Shown here: piece by piece, positions 9,801-17,475 of the stretch
Layout of the letters: the number at the start of each line of letters is the position of its first letter
Position numbering within the stretch: the stretch's first letter is position 1
Assembly (NCBI RefSeq): GCF_000039765.1
Contig: NC_004460.2
Span: 870,001-902,000, forward strand
Origin: Vibrio vulnificus CMCP6
GTDB taxonomy: Bacteria; Pseudomonadota; Gammaproteobacteria; Enterobacterales; Vibrionaceae
Direction of reading: 5' to 3'
DNA length: 32,000 nucleotides
Translations under genes and position numbers: made by a program
The notes under the pieces: generated by a model
The model's database searches: none
The model's input: the letters and a program-made list of their open reading frames with translations, nothing else
What the model was told of the DNA's origin: nothing

Positions 9801-10478
9801 ACTTTCCACCATCGCTTTAATCGTGTGTGGTCCCACACCAGCTGACAGCCAATTTGCTTGGAAAGGTGCTTGTGTTACGCGTGCGACTTGTGTGTTGTCG
9901 ACAAAGAAAGTCACCGCTTTAACAGTGGTGTTGGTTGCGGTTACGTTTGCAAGCATGGTAACCGCTTGGCCTTCTTCAAACTCCGCGCCATTCATTGGTG
10001 AGGCGATTTTCAGAGAAAGTTCTGGATCCCCCACTTCATCGTCAGCAATCAAGCGAATCGTATCTTGTAGCAGAGTCATATCCAGCACACCGCTCACCCC
10101 CAGCGTTAGCTCAATGCGCTGACCAGCAGGTAGTTGAGATTTCACCCAGCTTCCGTTATCAAAAGCCAAAGCCAGCGTGTTTTTGAACACATTACCTTGC
10201 GCATTGCTACTGAAACTCATATTTGGGTAGCTGATTCCAGCCGCTGACCAAGAAGGCGCGGACATCGTGAGATTTGAATCAAATACTATTTTGGCATCGC
10301 GTAATTCAATCGCTTTCGATCCTGTATTGGTGAGGCTCACCTTGTATGTGTTCCACCATTGGCTTTCAGAACCAACAATTGAAATTTCGCTATTTACTGC
10401 CGCCTGAGCGACAGGAAAAGCCATACTCACTGCGAGCGCAAGGACAGTAGGCACTAACCTTAGAGCTTTATTATTCAT
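6861..10478 (-). CDS. Large secreted modular chitinase, GH19 catalytic domain at the C-terminus
   Basis: Signal peptide MNNKALRLVPTVLALAVSMAFPVAQA. Three tandem Ig-like modules of about 90 aa follow (SPMNGAEFEEGQAV..., APTQGQTLTVDQAT..., SPANGSKFEDGNTV...). Next is a CBM5/12-like chitin-binding motif (YPDWTRGDHATGGDIMVHKNIAYSAVYWTQ). The C-terminus has GH19 motifs (AAFLAQSMQETIRY, CGWWGRGVIQTTGRQNFG, WIAGLFYWV). Confidence 0.85.
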   Translation of the reverse strand: MNNKALRLVPTVLALAVSMAFPVAQAAVNSEISIVGSESQWWNTYKVSLTNTGSKAIELRDAKIVFDSNLTMSAPSWSAAGISYPNMSFSSNAQGNVFKNTLALAFDNGSWVKSQLPAGQRIELTLGVSGVLDMTLLQDTIRLIADDEVGDPELSLKIASPMNGAEFEEGQAVTMLANVTATNTTVKAVTFFVDNTQVARVTQAPFQANWLSAGVGPHTIKAMVESHSGLTQEQAVSITVKEKQVEPPLDPVVRELTFVAPTQGQTLTVDQATTIQARVDGDLISTLEFWANDRKLGQRSITPTQTTYWYAWTPSEVGNATLKVVVLGQDNQMVEQRSIAVSVQDEPSFVSPEVSFISPANGSKFEDGNTVAITVRATDADDDLSHVIVTANNQQICEFNASTESQYSCNWTASQVGDVTLEAVATDAQNLTSTARVSITVEKVETPTPPPTGGLCADFNVYPDWTRGDHATGGDIMVHKNIAYSAVYWTQSVPGSDSSWSLHLNCDGTEPGTAPALSLRNPMDPVRLEVAGWPNTFVVASPSTQAPSTLTIAASSSDALTDVEQLTRSFVSVLEQAENAGSASIVIQSDVLDLATRDKGASFGSVAVKQALTNAIDITGSRIDIDAINALSDDVKGWAHAHNLIFTTLAPQATFGWSLSIGEFAYDTHSGRQSVWDEASVFSADLLDSFELYKVDSANKADFVAFTKSSETAALTSAQWHHALEFVKQVTDYVEAPAMLANMPTEQTANYFMGNTQSEQQIRKAAYSNVFALMFDQDSPALTSKIELYQTAKVPLYYVGEELEKGSLTRIEALNQELANAESVMNNEAFLYETPQSQWVPSTVYKWNDFLDGLNAMHNIGVAGNKFWLMDDEVDDATNIKYAKVAIAAFLAQSMQETIRYNACDENNWSEVKYGAPTDYPMTASCGQLGQKYADYGVNPVSGLDHAYSCPRDDKMEVSALTHAKWYGAPAPVFAAPDAVLEERGLLVNGAAGRWTNNGHCNDVPENVDTSKQVWERDECKTYVGQKAGKFIWDGSSQESVEGCGWWGRGVIQTTGRQNFGTLNHYLGRSHVDPSTIGKTIDGVTVEAPPENPLYAELDFCSNPGLICSSEENKEIKWIAGLFYWVTSVQAYNDEGGQYADWNYYNELKKYVDSGLQGSQFIDDVSGIVNRGCPDLTCSTGDVHNVKERRENFKLVLQKLGLDPR

Positions 10479-10557
10479 AATTGGACAACTTTTTTATTGA
10501 AGAAAAATTTGAATCTTCATTATATGAACCTGCAAAAGAAATAAGGCACGTGACGCA

Positions 10558-10799
10558 TGTAACAAAATGTTTCTTAAAATACACATTTTAATCGAACGTA
10601 TTTCATCAAGGCTTTTTCATCAAATTCACCACAAAAAATTAAACTTAGAGATTGCTTCCTATAAATTGAATGAATTGATGGTCAATTAAAAATAATTTAA
10701 TTCAAAACGATAACGAAAAATAGACAAAGAAATGCAACGTAAGAATATTCCCACACTGTTATTTTTCATTTTAAAATCACAAAGAAACATTTTGTTACA
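10558..10799. repeat. 18-bp perfect inverted repeat pair bracketing 206 bp of AT-rich DNA
   Basis: tgtaacaaaatgtttctt (10558..10575) is the exact reverse complement of aagaaacattttgttaca (10782..10799). Each arm contains the near-palindrome GTAACA-N3-TGTTTC. Confidence 0.6.
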
Positions 10800-11006
10800 A
10801 GATGAGCAAATTGCAATCATTGATGATCAACTTGATTGACCACCATTCTGATAATCGCAGCCAATACTGTTTATAACTCACTATTTTTAGAGCATTTATT
10901 CTTGATGGATAACAGGGAAAAGCCGAGCCAATCGGCAATAAAGAGATGCGGCCCTTCCCTCCCTCTCACACTCATAACTCAAGAAGGAGGAAGGAGCAAA
11001 GAGGCG

Positions 11007-13184
11007 TTAAACGACACTCGATGTTTCAAATTCTCGCAAGACTTGCGCTAATGGTTGTGGCTTATAAACACCAAAACCTTGTGCATAAGTAATATGCCAT
11101 TGTTTAAGCATCTCAATGTGCTGTTCACTTTCGACAAATTCTGCCACGGTTTCCAAGCCAATATCATTGGCGACATTGCTTATCGACTCAACAATTAATC
11201 TGTCGGTTTCATTGGTCGGTAGATCTTTTATAAACTCCCCGTCTATTTTGACAATATCAAGAGGTAGACGTCTTAAATAAGCAAAGCTCGCGTAACCAGT
11301 ACCAAAATCGTCCAACGCAATTTTACACCCCGCAGCGCGCAGCACTTTGAGTGTTTCAATCGCCTGCTCTTCATTTTGCAGTGCGGAGGACTCGGTCACT
11401 TCAAAACATATTTTATCTAGGGGCACTTGGTACTGATGGGCTTTTTCGATAATCCACGTACTCAAACCTGCCATTGCCAGTGAGCGAGCGGTTAAGTTCA
11501 CCGCACATTTTTCCACACGGCACCAATTGCGCACTTGCTCATTCAATAAACGAAAAGTCTGCTCCACCACCCACTGATCTAACTGCACTTCTAACCCAAA
11601 CTGATTAATCAAAGGAAAGAACTCTGATGGCAGCAAACGGCTGTCCTGCGACGTTTTCACTCGTGTTAGCACTTCAAAGCTTAATTGCTGAGAACTTGGG
11701 TCTGCCAATTTCATGTAGCGCTGACAATAAAGTTCAAACTCGTTATTTTTAAATACGCGTTGAATGTAGGCGAGTTTGTCGATCTGAGATTCTGCAATCG
11801 CCTCCCCATCAATCCAATTCACTTGTTGATTGCTGCCTTGGTGCTCGCACAGATGCGAGACGACATCGGTCAAGTCTTCTCCGTGTTTTACCACCACACA
11901 ATGCAGTGTCGGAGAAACCAGTGAGATTGACGTCCCTCGCCAATAAAACTGGAAATTGTCGAGCCGCTGAGCCATTTCCGCCACAAACGGCTTCATTCGT
12001 TCATCACCTTCAATAAACCCCAATACGCCGGTCGAAAATGGAGGGCGATAACACTTGGCGTTCTCATCTTGGTTTCGATTGACGAATTGATAAATCTGGC
12101 CAATCAGCTGCGCTTTACCATCGTGTCCTAACTCACTTAAACGAGACAAGGTTGGCGACAAATCGAGATAAATCAACACGGCTTTGGGAATCGTCGTGAG
12201 GTCTTCCTCAAGCTGAGAGAGGTTAAACAACCCTGTGTAAGGGTCGATTCGCTCTGCGCGAATCTGCTGTTGTGCCAGCTCATAATGCTTTATCGCGTAC
12301 CCACCAACAAAATAGCCCAATACCGTGACAACATTTAAAATCAACAATAAGCCGAAAAACTGCTCGTCCAGTATTTGATAGGTGTTCACCCGATTAAGGC
12401 TGTCATTCGCCATCACCAGGATGGTTAACGTTCCCATAAAAAGCGGGCGAACCAAACCGTGCTTGCCAAAGCCAACAATCACCAGCACCAACAAGACAAA
12501 GCAGGAAGAATAGAGCGCAAAGGAGCTAGGATGTTGGATCGCGACGGCCATCAATGAAAAACAGCACAGCAGCCACAACCAGTATGAAGGCGATGTTTTC
12601 GAAGAGCGTCGTAGCAACTTATCGAGAATCAGATATTCATGCCGCTCATTTTTGAGCAGCATGGCAAGCAAAATCACCAACGCTGGTGTCACCGTTAGCT
12701 GGGTCAGCGCACTGCCTAACACCGAATAAAGCAAGAACTCGCGCGTCATATGCAGCTGTTCAGTCAAAGCACTGATGACACTGATCATCAACGTACTCAT
12801 CAATGGGTAGAACAAGCCAAACGTCACCGCATAAGCCAGCAGTCGCTTCATGGCCGAATCGCCTTCGAGACGTTTTTCTATTTGGATGAACAGCAGCGCA
12901 GTGGCAACTGGCAAAAGTGGCAACAACAGCGCGTACAAGAGTGCCACTTCGAATGGCCGACCAACGTGCAAATAATAACTTAAGAAAGCGAGAACAATCG
13001 GCAGCAGTACTTTAAGATGAAACACCAATACAGCCGAAATCACGACAGACGCAACGACAGAAATCAACTGATACTGTTCATGATGAATAGAGAATTGGCT
13101 TGACGTCCAAAATGCCAGCAGGACAGCAAAGTAAGCGGCCACACCAATCCCAATATTGGGCAGTTTTACTATTTTTGGTTGCAT
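11007..13184 (-). CDS. Integral-membrane c-di-GMP phosphodiesterase (degenerate GGDEF + EAL)
   Basis: About 300 aa of multi-pass membrane domain. A GGDEF-fold start follows (DPYTGLFN), but the signature position reads STGVLGF rather than GGDEF. The EAL domain has EVLTR, EVTES, DDFGTGYASFAYLRRLPLDIVKIDGEFI, EFVES and QGF. Confidence 0.85.
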   Translation of the reverse strand: MQPKIVKLPNIGIGVAAYFAVLLAFWTSSQFSIHHEQYQLISVVASVVISAVLVFHLKVLLPIVLAFLSYYLHVGRPFEVALLYALLLPLLPVATALLFIQIEKRLEGDSAMKRLLAYAVTFGLFYPLMSTLMISVISALTEQLHMTREFLLYSVLGSALTQLTVTPALVILLAMLLKNERHEYLILDKLLRRSSKTSPSYWLWLLCCFSLMAVAIQHPSSFALYSSCFVLLVLVIVGFGKHGLVRPLFMGTLTILVMANDSLNRVNTYQILDEQFFGLLLILNVVTVLGYFVGGYAIKHYELAQQQIRAERIDPYTGLFNLSQLEEDLTTIPKAVLIYLDLSPTLSRLSELGHDGKAQLIGQIYQFVNRNQDENAKCYRPPFSTGVLGFIEGDERMKPFVAEMAQRLDNFQFYWRGTSISLVSPTLHCVVVKHGEDLTDVVSHLCEHQGSNQQVNWIDGEAIAESQIDKLAYIQRVFKNNEFELYCQRYMKLADPSSQQLSFEVLTRVKTSQDSRLLPSEFFPLINQFGLEVQLDQWVVEQTFRLLNEQVRNWCRVEKCAVNLTARSLAMAGLSTWIIEKAHQYQVPLDKICFEVTESSALQNEEQAIETLKVLRAAGCKIALDDFGTGYASFAYLRRLPLDIVKIDGEFIKDLPTNETDRLIVESISNVANDIGLETVAEFVESEQHIEMLKQWHITYAQGFGVYKPQPLAQVLREFETSSVV

Positions 13185-13443
13185 GATTTAGCCTCTTATG
13201 AATGCTTACACATGATAACCAAGTTGAACTGCAACTACCACGTTATAAATAAGAACTCTATTTACAAAACCAAATCAAGCGCTGAGTTTATAGTTTATCG
13301 CAAGGTGATCATCCTCTGATGCAACAAGGATGTTGCACAAAACGTGTATTGCATGAAGTACGTCGAAAGGCTTGCTCAAAAGTCGCCTCTCCCTCTGCCG
13401 TCACCTTTACCTGACACATTGCTAGACCATACTGATTCGGACC

Positions 13444-13512
13444 ATATACCCAAGTGACTTCAAGAGGCAGGATTCAGATCTTAACTCACACATTGAGGTT
13501 ATTTGGGTATAT
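13444..13512. repeat. ERIC-like imperfect palindromic intergenic repeat, copy B
   Basis: The arm atatacccaagtgacttcaaga pairs imperfectly with cattgaggttatttgggtatat, and the terminal 10 nt (ATATACCCAA/TTGGGTATAT) are exact. The first 22 nt are identical to 2174..2195. Confidence 0.55.
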
Positions 13513-13531
13513 CAGCAGCCAAGGAAAGGAC

Positions 13532-14617
13532 ATGTTTTATCGACTCATATGCAGCTTAGCGCTAGGACTTTGCACCGCAAGCGCACTCGCACAATCACTG
13601 CCTGCCACTAACCACAATCTCACCTTTGAAGGGCGAAACAGCAAAAATTATCAAGACGGTTCCGTTGCGATCAATTGGCCAGGCTCAACGCTGAAAACAC
13701 GCTTCATCGGCAGCCACTTTGGCCTCACCATGCAAGGGAATGGCGACTATTTTGATGTATTGGTTGACGGTAAGCTAAGCAAAACACTCATGACGCAACC
13801 CAATGGCGTGACGGAAACCTTCGTGCTCTTTACATCGGAAAGCACGCAAAATGTGTTGATCGAAGTGGTTAAACGAACGGAAAACTACGCCAGTATGAGC
13901 CGTTTTCTCTCGGTTGAACACAACGGTTCAATAGACGGTGTGTGGGGACACAAGCCGCATATTCTCTTTATTGGTGATTCCATCAGCGCTGGCTTTGGCA
14001 GTGAATCAGAGAAAAGGGAATGTACATGGGAAGAAATCTACGCTACCTCCAATGCGCGTTTGGCTTTCCCTTACCAAACGGGCCAGCAGCTCAACACAAC
14101 CATTACTCAAGTGTCGTTCTCTGGGTTAGGGTTAATTCGTAACTGGGGTGGAAACCAACCACACCATAACCTCACCACCTACACAGACAAAGTAGCCGCA
14201 GTCTATGGTCTAACACTCGATTATGAAGACAAGTTTCCCAATCTGATTGTGGTGGAAGTGGGCACCAACGATTTTAGTACCGATCCACAAGCCCATGAAC
14301 CTTGGAGCAACATTGAAGAGGTCAAACAAGCGTGGACCGAACGTATGGTGGAATATGTGAGTGAATTGAAACACCGCTATCATGAGGTGCCGATCATTCT
14401 CATGCCGCGTCCTGCATATCCGTATGACTACATTATTCCTGCAACTCAGGACGCCATAGAAACCTTGGCACAGCAAGAGATCCATCAGGTCTATAGCCAT
14501 ACCTTTGTTTCACCCCTTGAAGGCTGTATCTGGCACCCTACTGCGCAAGAACACCGTGAGATTGCCACGCAACTTTCGCAGTTTATTCGTCAGCAAGCGC
14601 TTTTGACGACCCCATAA
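13532..14617 (+). CDS. Secreted SGNH/GDSL hydrolase, CE2-like acetylesterase
   Basis: The start was moved to ATG 13532 (AAGGAAAGGA RBS; signal peptide MFYRLICSLALGLCTASALA). An N-terminal beta-sandwich-like region precedes SGNH blocks FIGDSISAGFG, GTNDF and CIWHP. The block V Asp is absent, as in the Ser-His dyad CE2 esterases. Confidence 0.7.
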   Translation: MFYRLICSLALGLCTASALAQSLPATNHNLTFEGRNSKNYQDGSVAINWPGSTLKTRFIGSHFGLTMQGNGDYFDVLVDGKLSKTLMTQPNGVTETFVLFTSESTQNVLIEVVKRTENYASMSRFLSVEHNGSIDGVWGHKPHILFIGDSISAGFGSESEKRECTWEEIYATSNARLAFPYQTGQQLNTTITQVSFSGLGLIRNWGGNQPHHNLTTYTDKVAAVYGLTLDYEDKFPNLIVVEVGTNDFSTDPQAHEPWSNIEEVKQAWTERMVEYVSELKHRYHEVPIILMPRPAYPYDYIIPATQDAIETLAQQEIHQVYSHTFVSPLEGCIWHPTAQEHREIATQLSQFIRQQALLTTP

Positions 14618-14634
14618 TACTAACGGATAAATCG

Positions 14635-14669
14635 ACGCTCACAGCCGCGACACATGTGGTTGTGAGCGT
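14635..14669. terminator. Hairpin between convergent genes (candidate terminator)
   Basis: acgctcaca (14635..14643) pairs with tgtgagcgt (14661..14669), with a 17-nt loop. There is no strong U-tract. Confidence 0.35.
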
Positions 14670-14706
14670 ACTGCACGCCTCCCCACCAGCGTGCCGAATC
14701 GAGAAT

Positions 14707-15474
14707 TTACTTTTCCATCAAAGCAGCGAAGTAGTCGTCAATTAGCTGGAAGTAACTGCCATCTTGTTTCATCTTGAGCAGCTCCAAGTCAAAGCGCTGG
14801 CACAGTTCACTATGCTGATTTTGCTTGGAAAACGCGATGTAGCTGAGGGTGGTTTGCATCGGCGGCATCAAAATCTCAAGTTGTTGCGATAGCCCCAAAG
14901 AGGCAATCACGCTTCGCGCACCAAACTCATTAGACACCCACAAATCGACACGACCTGCACTGAGCATCAGCGCACACTGCTCAGCGGAATTTTGCCGAAT
15001 CACCGATTTAAACTGATTGGTATTGATCGCGTCATCCATGATCGCCCCATAGCTGACCTTGTTCACCACACACAATGTCCGTTGTTTGAAGGCTCTTTGC
15101 TCAATTTGGCTAGCGTCAACAGGCCCATTGTCCATCTGAATTAAACTGATATTTTGCCTGAACAGCACTTGTTCACTGAAATCAGCAAAACGTTCCCTCT
15201 GCTCGGTTTTAAAAATAGTAAAAATCGCATCTGCTTGGCCCGATTCAATATAATTCAATGCTCTTGCCCAAGGCAGTACGGTTATTTTTATCGGCTGTTG
15301 CAGTTTAGCAAAGACATGTTCCACCAAAGTCACTGCAACGCCCGAAACCACATCGTCTCGTGTTTCTATGTATGGCGGGTATTCTAGTGTGACGATTTCT
15401 AACACTCGCTTTTCATTCGCCATCGCGCCAAACGATAACCACACCAAGATGAACAATAGGAATTTATTTTTCAC
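14707..15474 (-). CDS. Periplasmic solute-binding protein, family 3 (orphan, no adjacent permease/ATPase)
   Basis: Signal peptide MKNKFLLFILVWLSFGAMA, then YPPYIE...LPWARALNYIESGQADAIF, typical of PBPb/SBP_bac_3 proteins. Confidence 0.75.
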   Translation of the reverse strand: MKNKFLLFILVWLSFGAMANEKRVLEIVTLEYPPYIETRDDVVSGVAVTLVEHVFAKLQQPIKITVLPWARALNYIESGQADAIFTIFKTEQRERFADFSEQVLFRQNISLIQMDNGPVDASQIEQRAFKQRTLCVVNKVSYGAIMDDAINTNQFKSVIRQNSAEQCALMLSAGRVDLWVSNEFGARSVIASLGLSQQLEILMPPMQTTLSYIAFSKQNQHSELCQRFDLELLKMKQDGSYFQLIDDYFAALMEK

Positions 15475-15563
15475 GATGATCTCCCTACATCGGATTTACC
15501 TATACCAACAATATATACAATCGATTTTATTGTTGCGTAATACCCAATTAATCTGTGGACATT

Positions 15564-15633
15564 GCCGGAGCAACATTGCGCATTGTTAGTCGTGCTTGTC
15601 CGAAAACCCGTTGCTCCGGCTTTTTTATCTTTT
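15564..15633 (+). terminator. Orphan intrinsic-terminator-like structure on the plus strand
   Basis: 11-bp GC-rich stem: gccggagcaac (15564..15574) pairs with gttgctccggc (15610..15620), followed by ttttttatctttt. No annotated plus-strand gene lies upstream of it. Confidence 0.5.
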
Positions 15634-15866
15634 CGTTATTACAGGAGTACTAAGATGAACTTCTTTCAACTATTTGATACTGAAGAACTGTTTATTTTTT
15701 ATGGTTGAGCCAAAAAATAAACCAATGAAACAGGTTTAGCGCTAACCCTTTGTTTCGTCATGCACAAAAATAAACACAACTCAAATCACAAAAACAAGTC
15801 AATTTGATTATTATTTAATCAATTACTACTTTTCTATTATTAACGCCCAAAAGAAGAGTAGTTGCA

Positions 15867-17402
15867 GTGAAAAGTTTAAAAGTCGTCTTTCTGCTTCAAG
15901 TCATATTAGCAGTGACATTGGTGTTACTTGTTTCCGCTTTCATCAAGTATCAAGATTTTAAGCAAAGCCTCACCGCCGATCTGCATACTAGTGTACAGAA
16001 CACCAGCCAGCGCATGTCCGTCAGCTTACCTAGAGCGGTATGGGATTTTGACCTCGACACGGCGCGCACTGCCATTTCTGCTGAACTCAATCTTCCTGAA
16101 ATTTCGGCGATTCAATTGACCGATACCCAAGGGGCAGAACTGCTGTTTTTGAGATTAGAGGGGCAAGGGGAAAATAAAAAACTCACCGATGTTAAAAACA
16201 AAGAACGCTATTCCGATCAACAAAGCTTGTCACGTGAGTTGACCTTTCTCGATTATGGCGAAGAAAAGCCTGTCGGTACGGTGAAAGTCTTTTTTGACAC
16301 GGCAATTTTGGAACAAAAACTGCGTGAGTCCCTCTTGCTCAACATCATTGAGCTCGTCGTTTTAGATCTGATCATTTCCATCGTCATTGTCGCGGTACTC
16401 GCGACCACAGTGCTACGGCCAATTCGTCAGTTGACGGAGGTCATTCAAGCCCTCTCTTCTGGAGATGGCGATTTATCCAACAAGCTCGCACCAGCCCGTT
16501 TCAAAGAGTTTGATGACATTACCGATGGCATCAACACCTTCACCGAATCGCTTCGCGTGATTGTGCAAGACGTCAGTTTGTCATCGGTGACGTTGGAAGA
16601 AAAAGCCCGCGCCAACGGCACAGCAGCCAGAGCCAATGCCGACAAGCTTGACCAACAACGTCACCAGCTTACGACCGTCGCCGCCGCTGCGACAGAACTA
16701 AACCATTCAGTCTCTATCGTTGCCGATACTGCGGCGCAAACCGCGGACCAAGCCCACACCGCGACCGATCTTACTCACAGCGTTAATGAGGCGATCGAAA
16801 AATCTGCCAGCGAAATTGTCAACATGCGTGAAGAAATGGATCACGTGAATCAAGAAATGCACATTCTTGTCGGAGAAGGTGACAAGATCACCACCGTCCT
16901 CAATGTCATCAACGACATTTCTGAGCAGACCAACCTGCTGGCGCTCAATGCGGCAATTGAAGCAGCCCGAGCCGGTGAACAGGGCCGTGGCTTCGCGGTG
17001 GTCGCAGATGAAGTGCGTAATTTGGCCGTGAAAACCAGTCAATCCACCGAACAGATCCAAAAGAACATTGTTGCTTTGGGCAACGCCACCAACTCGGTAG
17101 AACAAGAGCTGAGCCGTATCGCCTCGTTGCTGGAAAAGACCGCCAGTCGTGTGAGTGAATCGCAACACTCCGTAAATCAAGTACAGGAGTTGATCAGCAT
17201 TATCTCGGATCGCAATGGGCAAATATCCCAAGCCACAGAGGAACAAAGGCAAGCCGTGGAAGAGATCAGCCAAGCGATTGTCGAAGCGTCTGAAGCCTCC
17301 AATGATGTTTCCTCTGGTGCGGTCCAAACCGCGCAACGAACAGAAGAGGTGCTCAGCCTGAGTAAAAACATCGCACAGCACATGAAAAAATTCAGAACCT
17401 AG
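15867..17402 (+). CDS. Methyl-accepting chemotaxis protein
   Basis: GTG start. TM1, a periplasmic region of about 130 aa, TM2 and HAMP. The signalling domain has the highly conserved [32 protein letters not shown]. Confidence 0.9.
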   Translation: MKSLKVVFLLQVILAVTLVLLVSAFIKYQDFKQSLTADLHTSVQNTSQRMSVSLPRAVWDFDLDTARTAISAELNLPEISAIQLTDTQGAELLFLRLEGQGENKKLTDVKNKERYSDQQSLSRELTFLDYGEEKPVGTVKVFFDTAILEQKLRESLLLNIIELVVLDLIISIVIVAVLATTVLRPIRQLTEVIQALSSGDGDLSNKLAPARFKEFDDITDGINTFTESLRVIVQDVSLSSVTLEEKARANGTAARANADKLDQQRHQLTTVAAAATELNHSVSIVADTAAQTADQAHTATDLTHSVNEAIEKSASEIVNMREEMDHVNQEMHILVGEGDKITTVLNVINDISEQTNLLALNAAIEAARAGEQGRGFAVVADEVRNLAVKTSQSTEQIQKNIVALGNATNSVEQELSRIASLLEKTASRVSESQHSVNQVQELISIISDRNGQISQATEEQRQAVEEISQAIVEASEASNDVSSGAVQTAQRTEEVLSLSKNIAQHMKKFRT

Positions 17403-17475
17403 CTCATGGATGGCTGTGGTACATCCTCAGCCCCAAAACAACAGGCCAGATAGGATAAACCAAAGAGGATACCTC

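Noticed and set aside
10952-10996. An imperfect CT-rich/GA-rich hairpin (cccttccctccctc...gaaggaggaagg) as the terminator of the EAL gene.
   Set aside because: The stem needs a bulge and is followed by only a weak U-rich stretch on the minus strand. It is not convincing enough to list as a feature.
10836-11051. A 71-aa plus-strand ORF in the chitinase/EAL intergenic region.
   Set aside because: It has a non-ATG start and no RBS. Its 3' end overlaps the EAL gene antisense, and its composition is unremarkable.
13320-13415. A 31-codon ORF (MQQGCCTKRVLHEV...) and small hairpins (tgcaaca/tgttgca) upstream of the SGNH gene.
   Set aside because: There is no RBS, and the stems are short (6-7 bp) as expected by chance in 350 bp. 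There is no supporting terminator or promoter.
13454-13531. An N-terminal extension, MTSRGRIQILTHTLRLFGYISSQGKD, on the SGNH hydrolase.
   Set aside because: It begins inside the ERIC-like palindrome and lacks an RBS. ATG 13532 has an AAGGAAAGGA RBS and yields a proper signal peptide.
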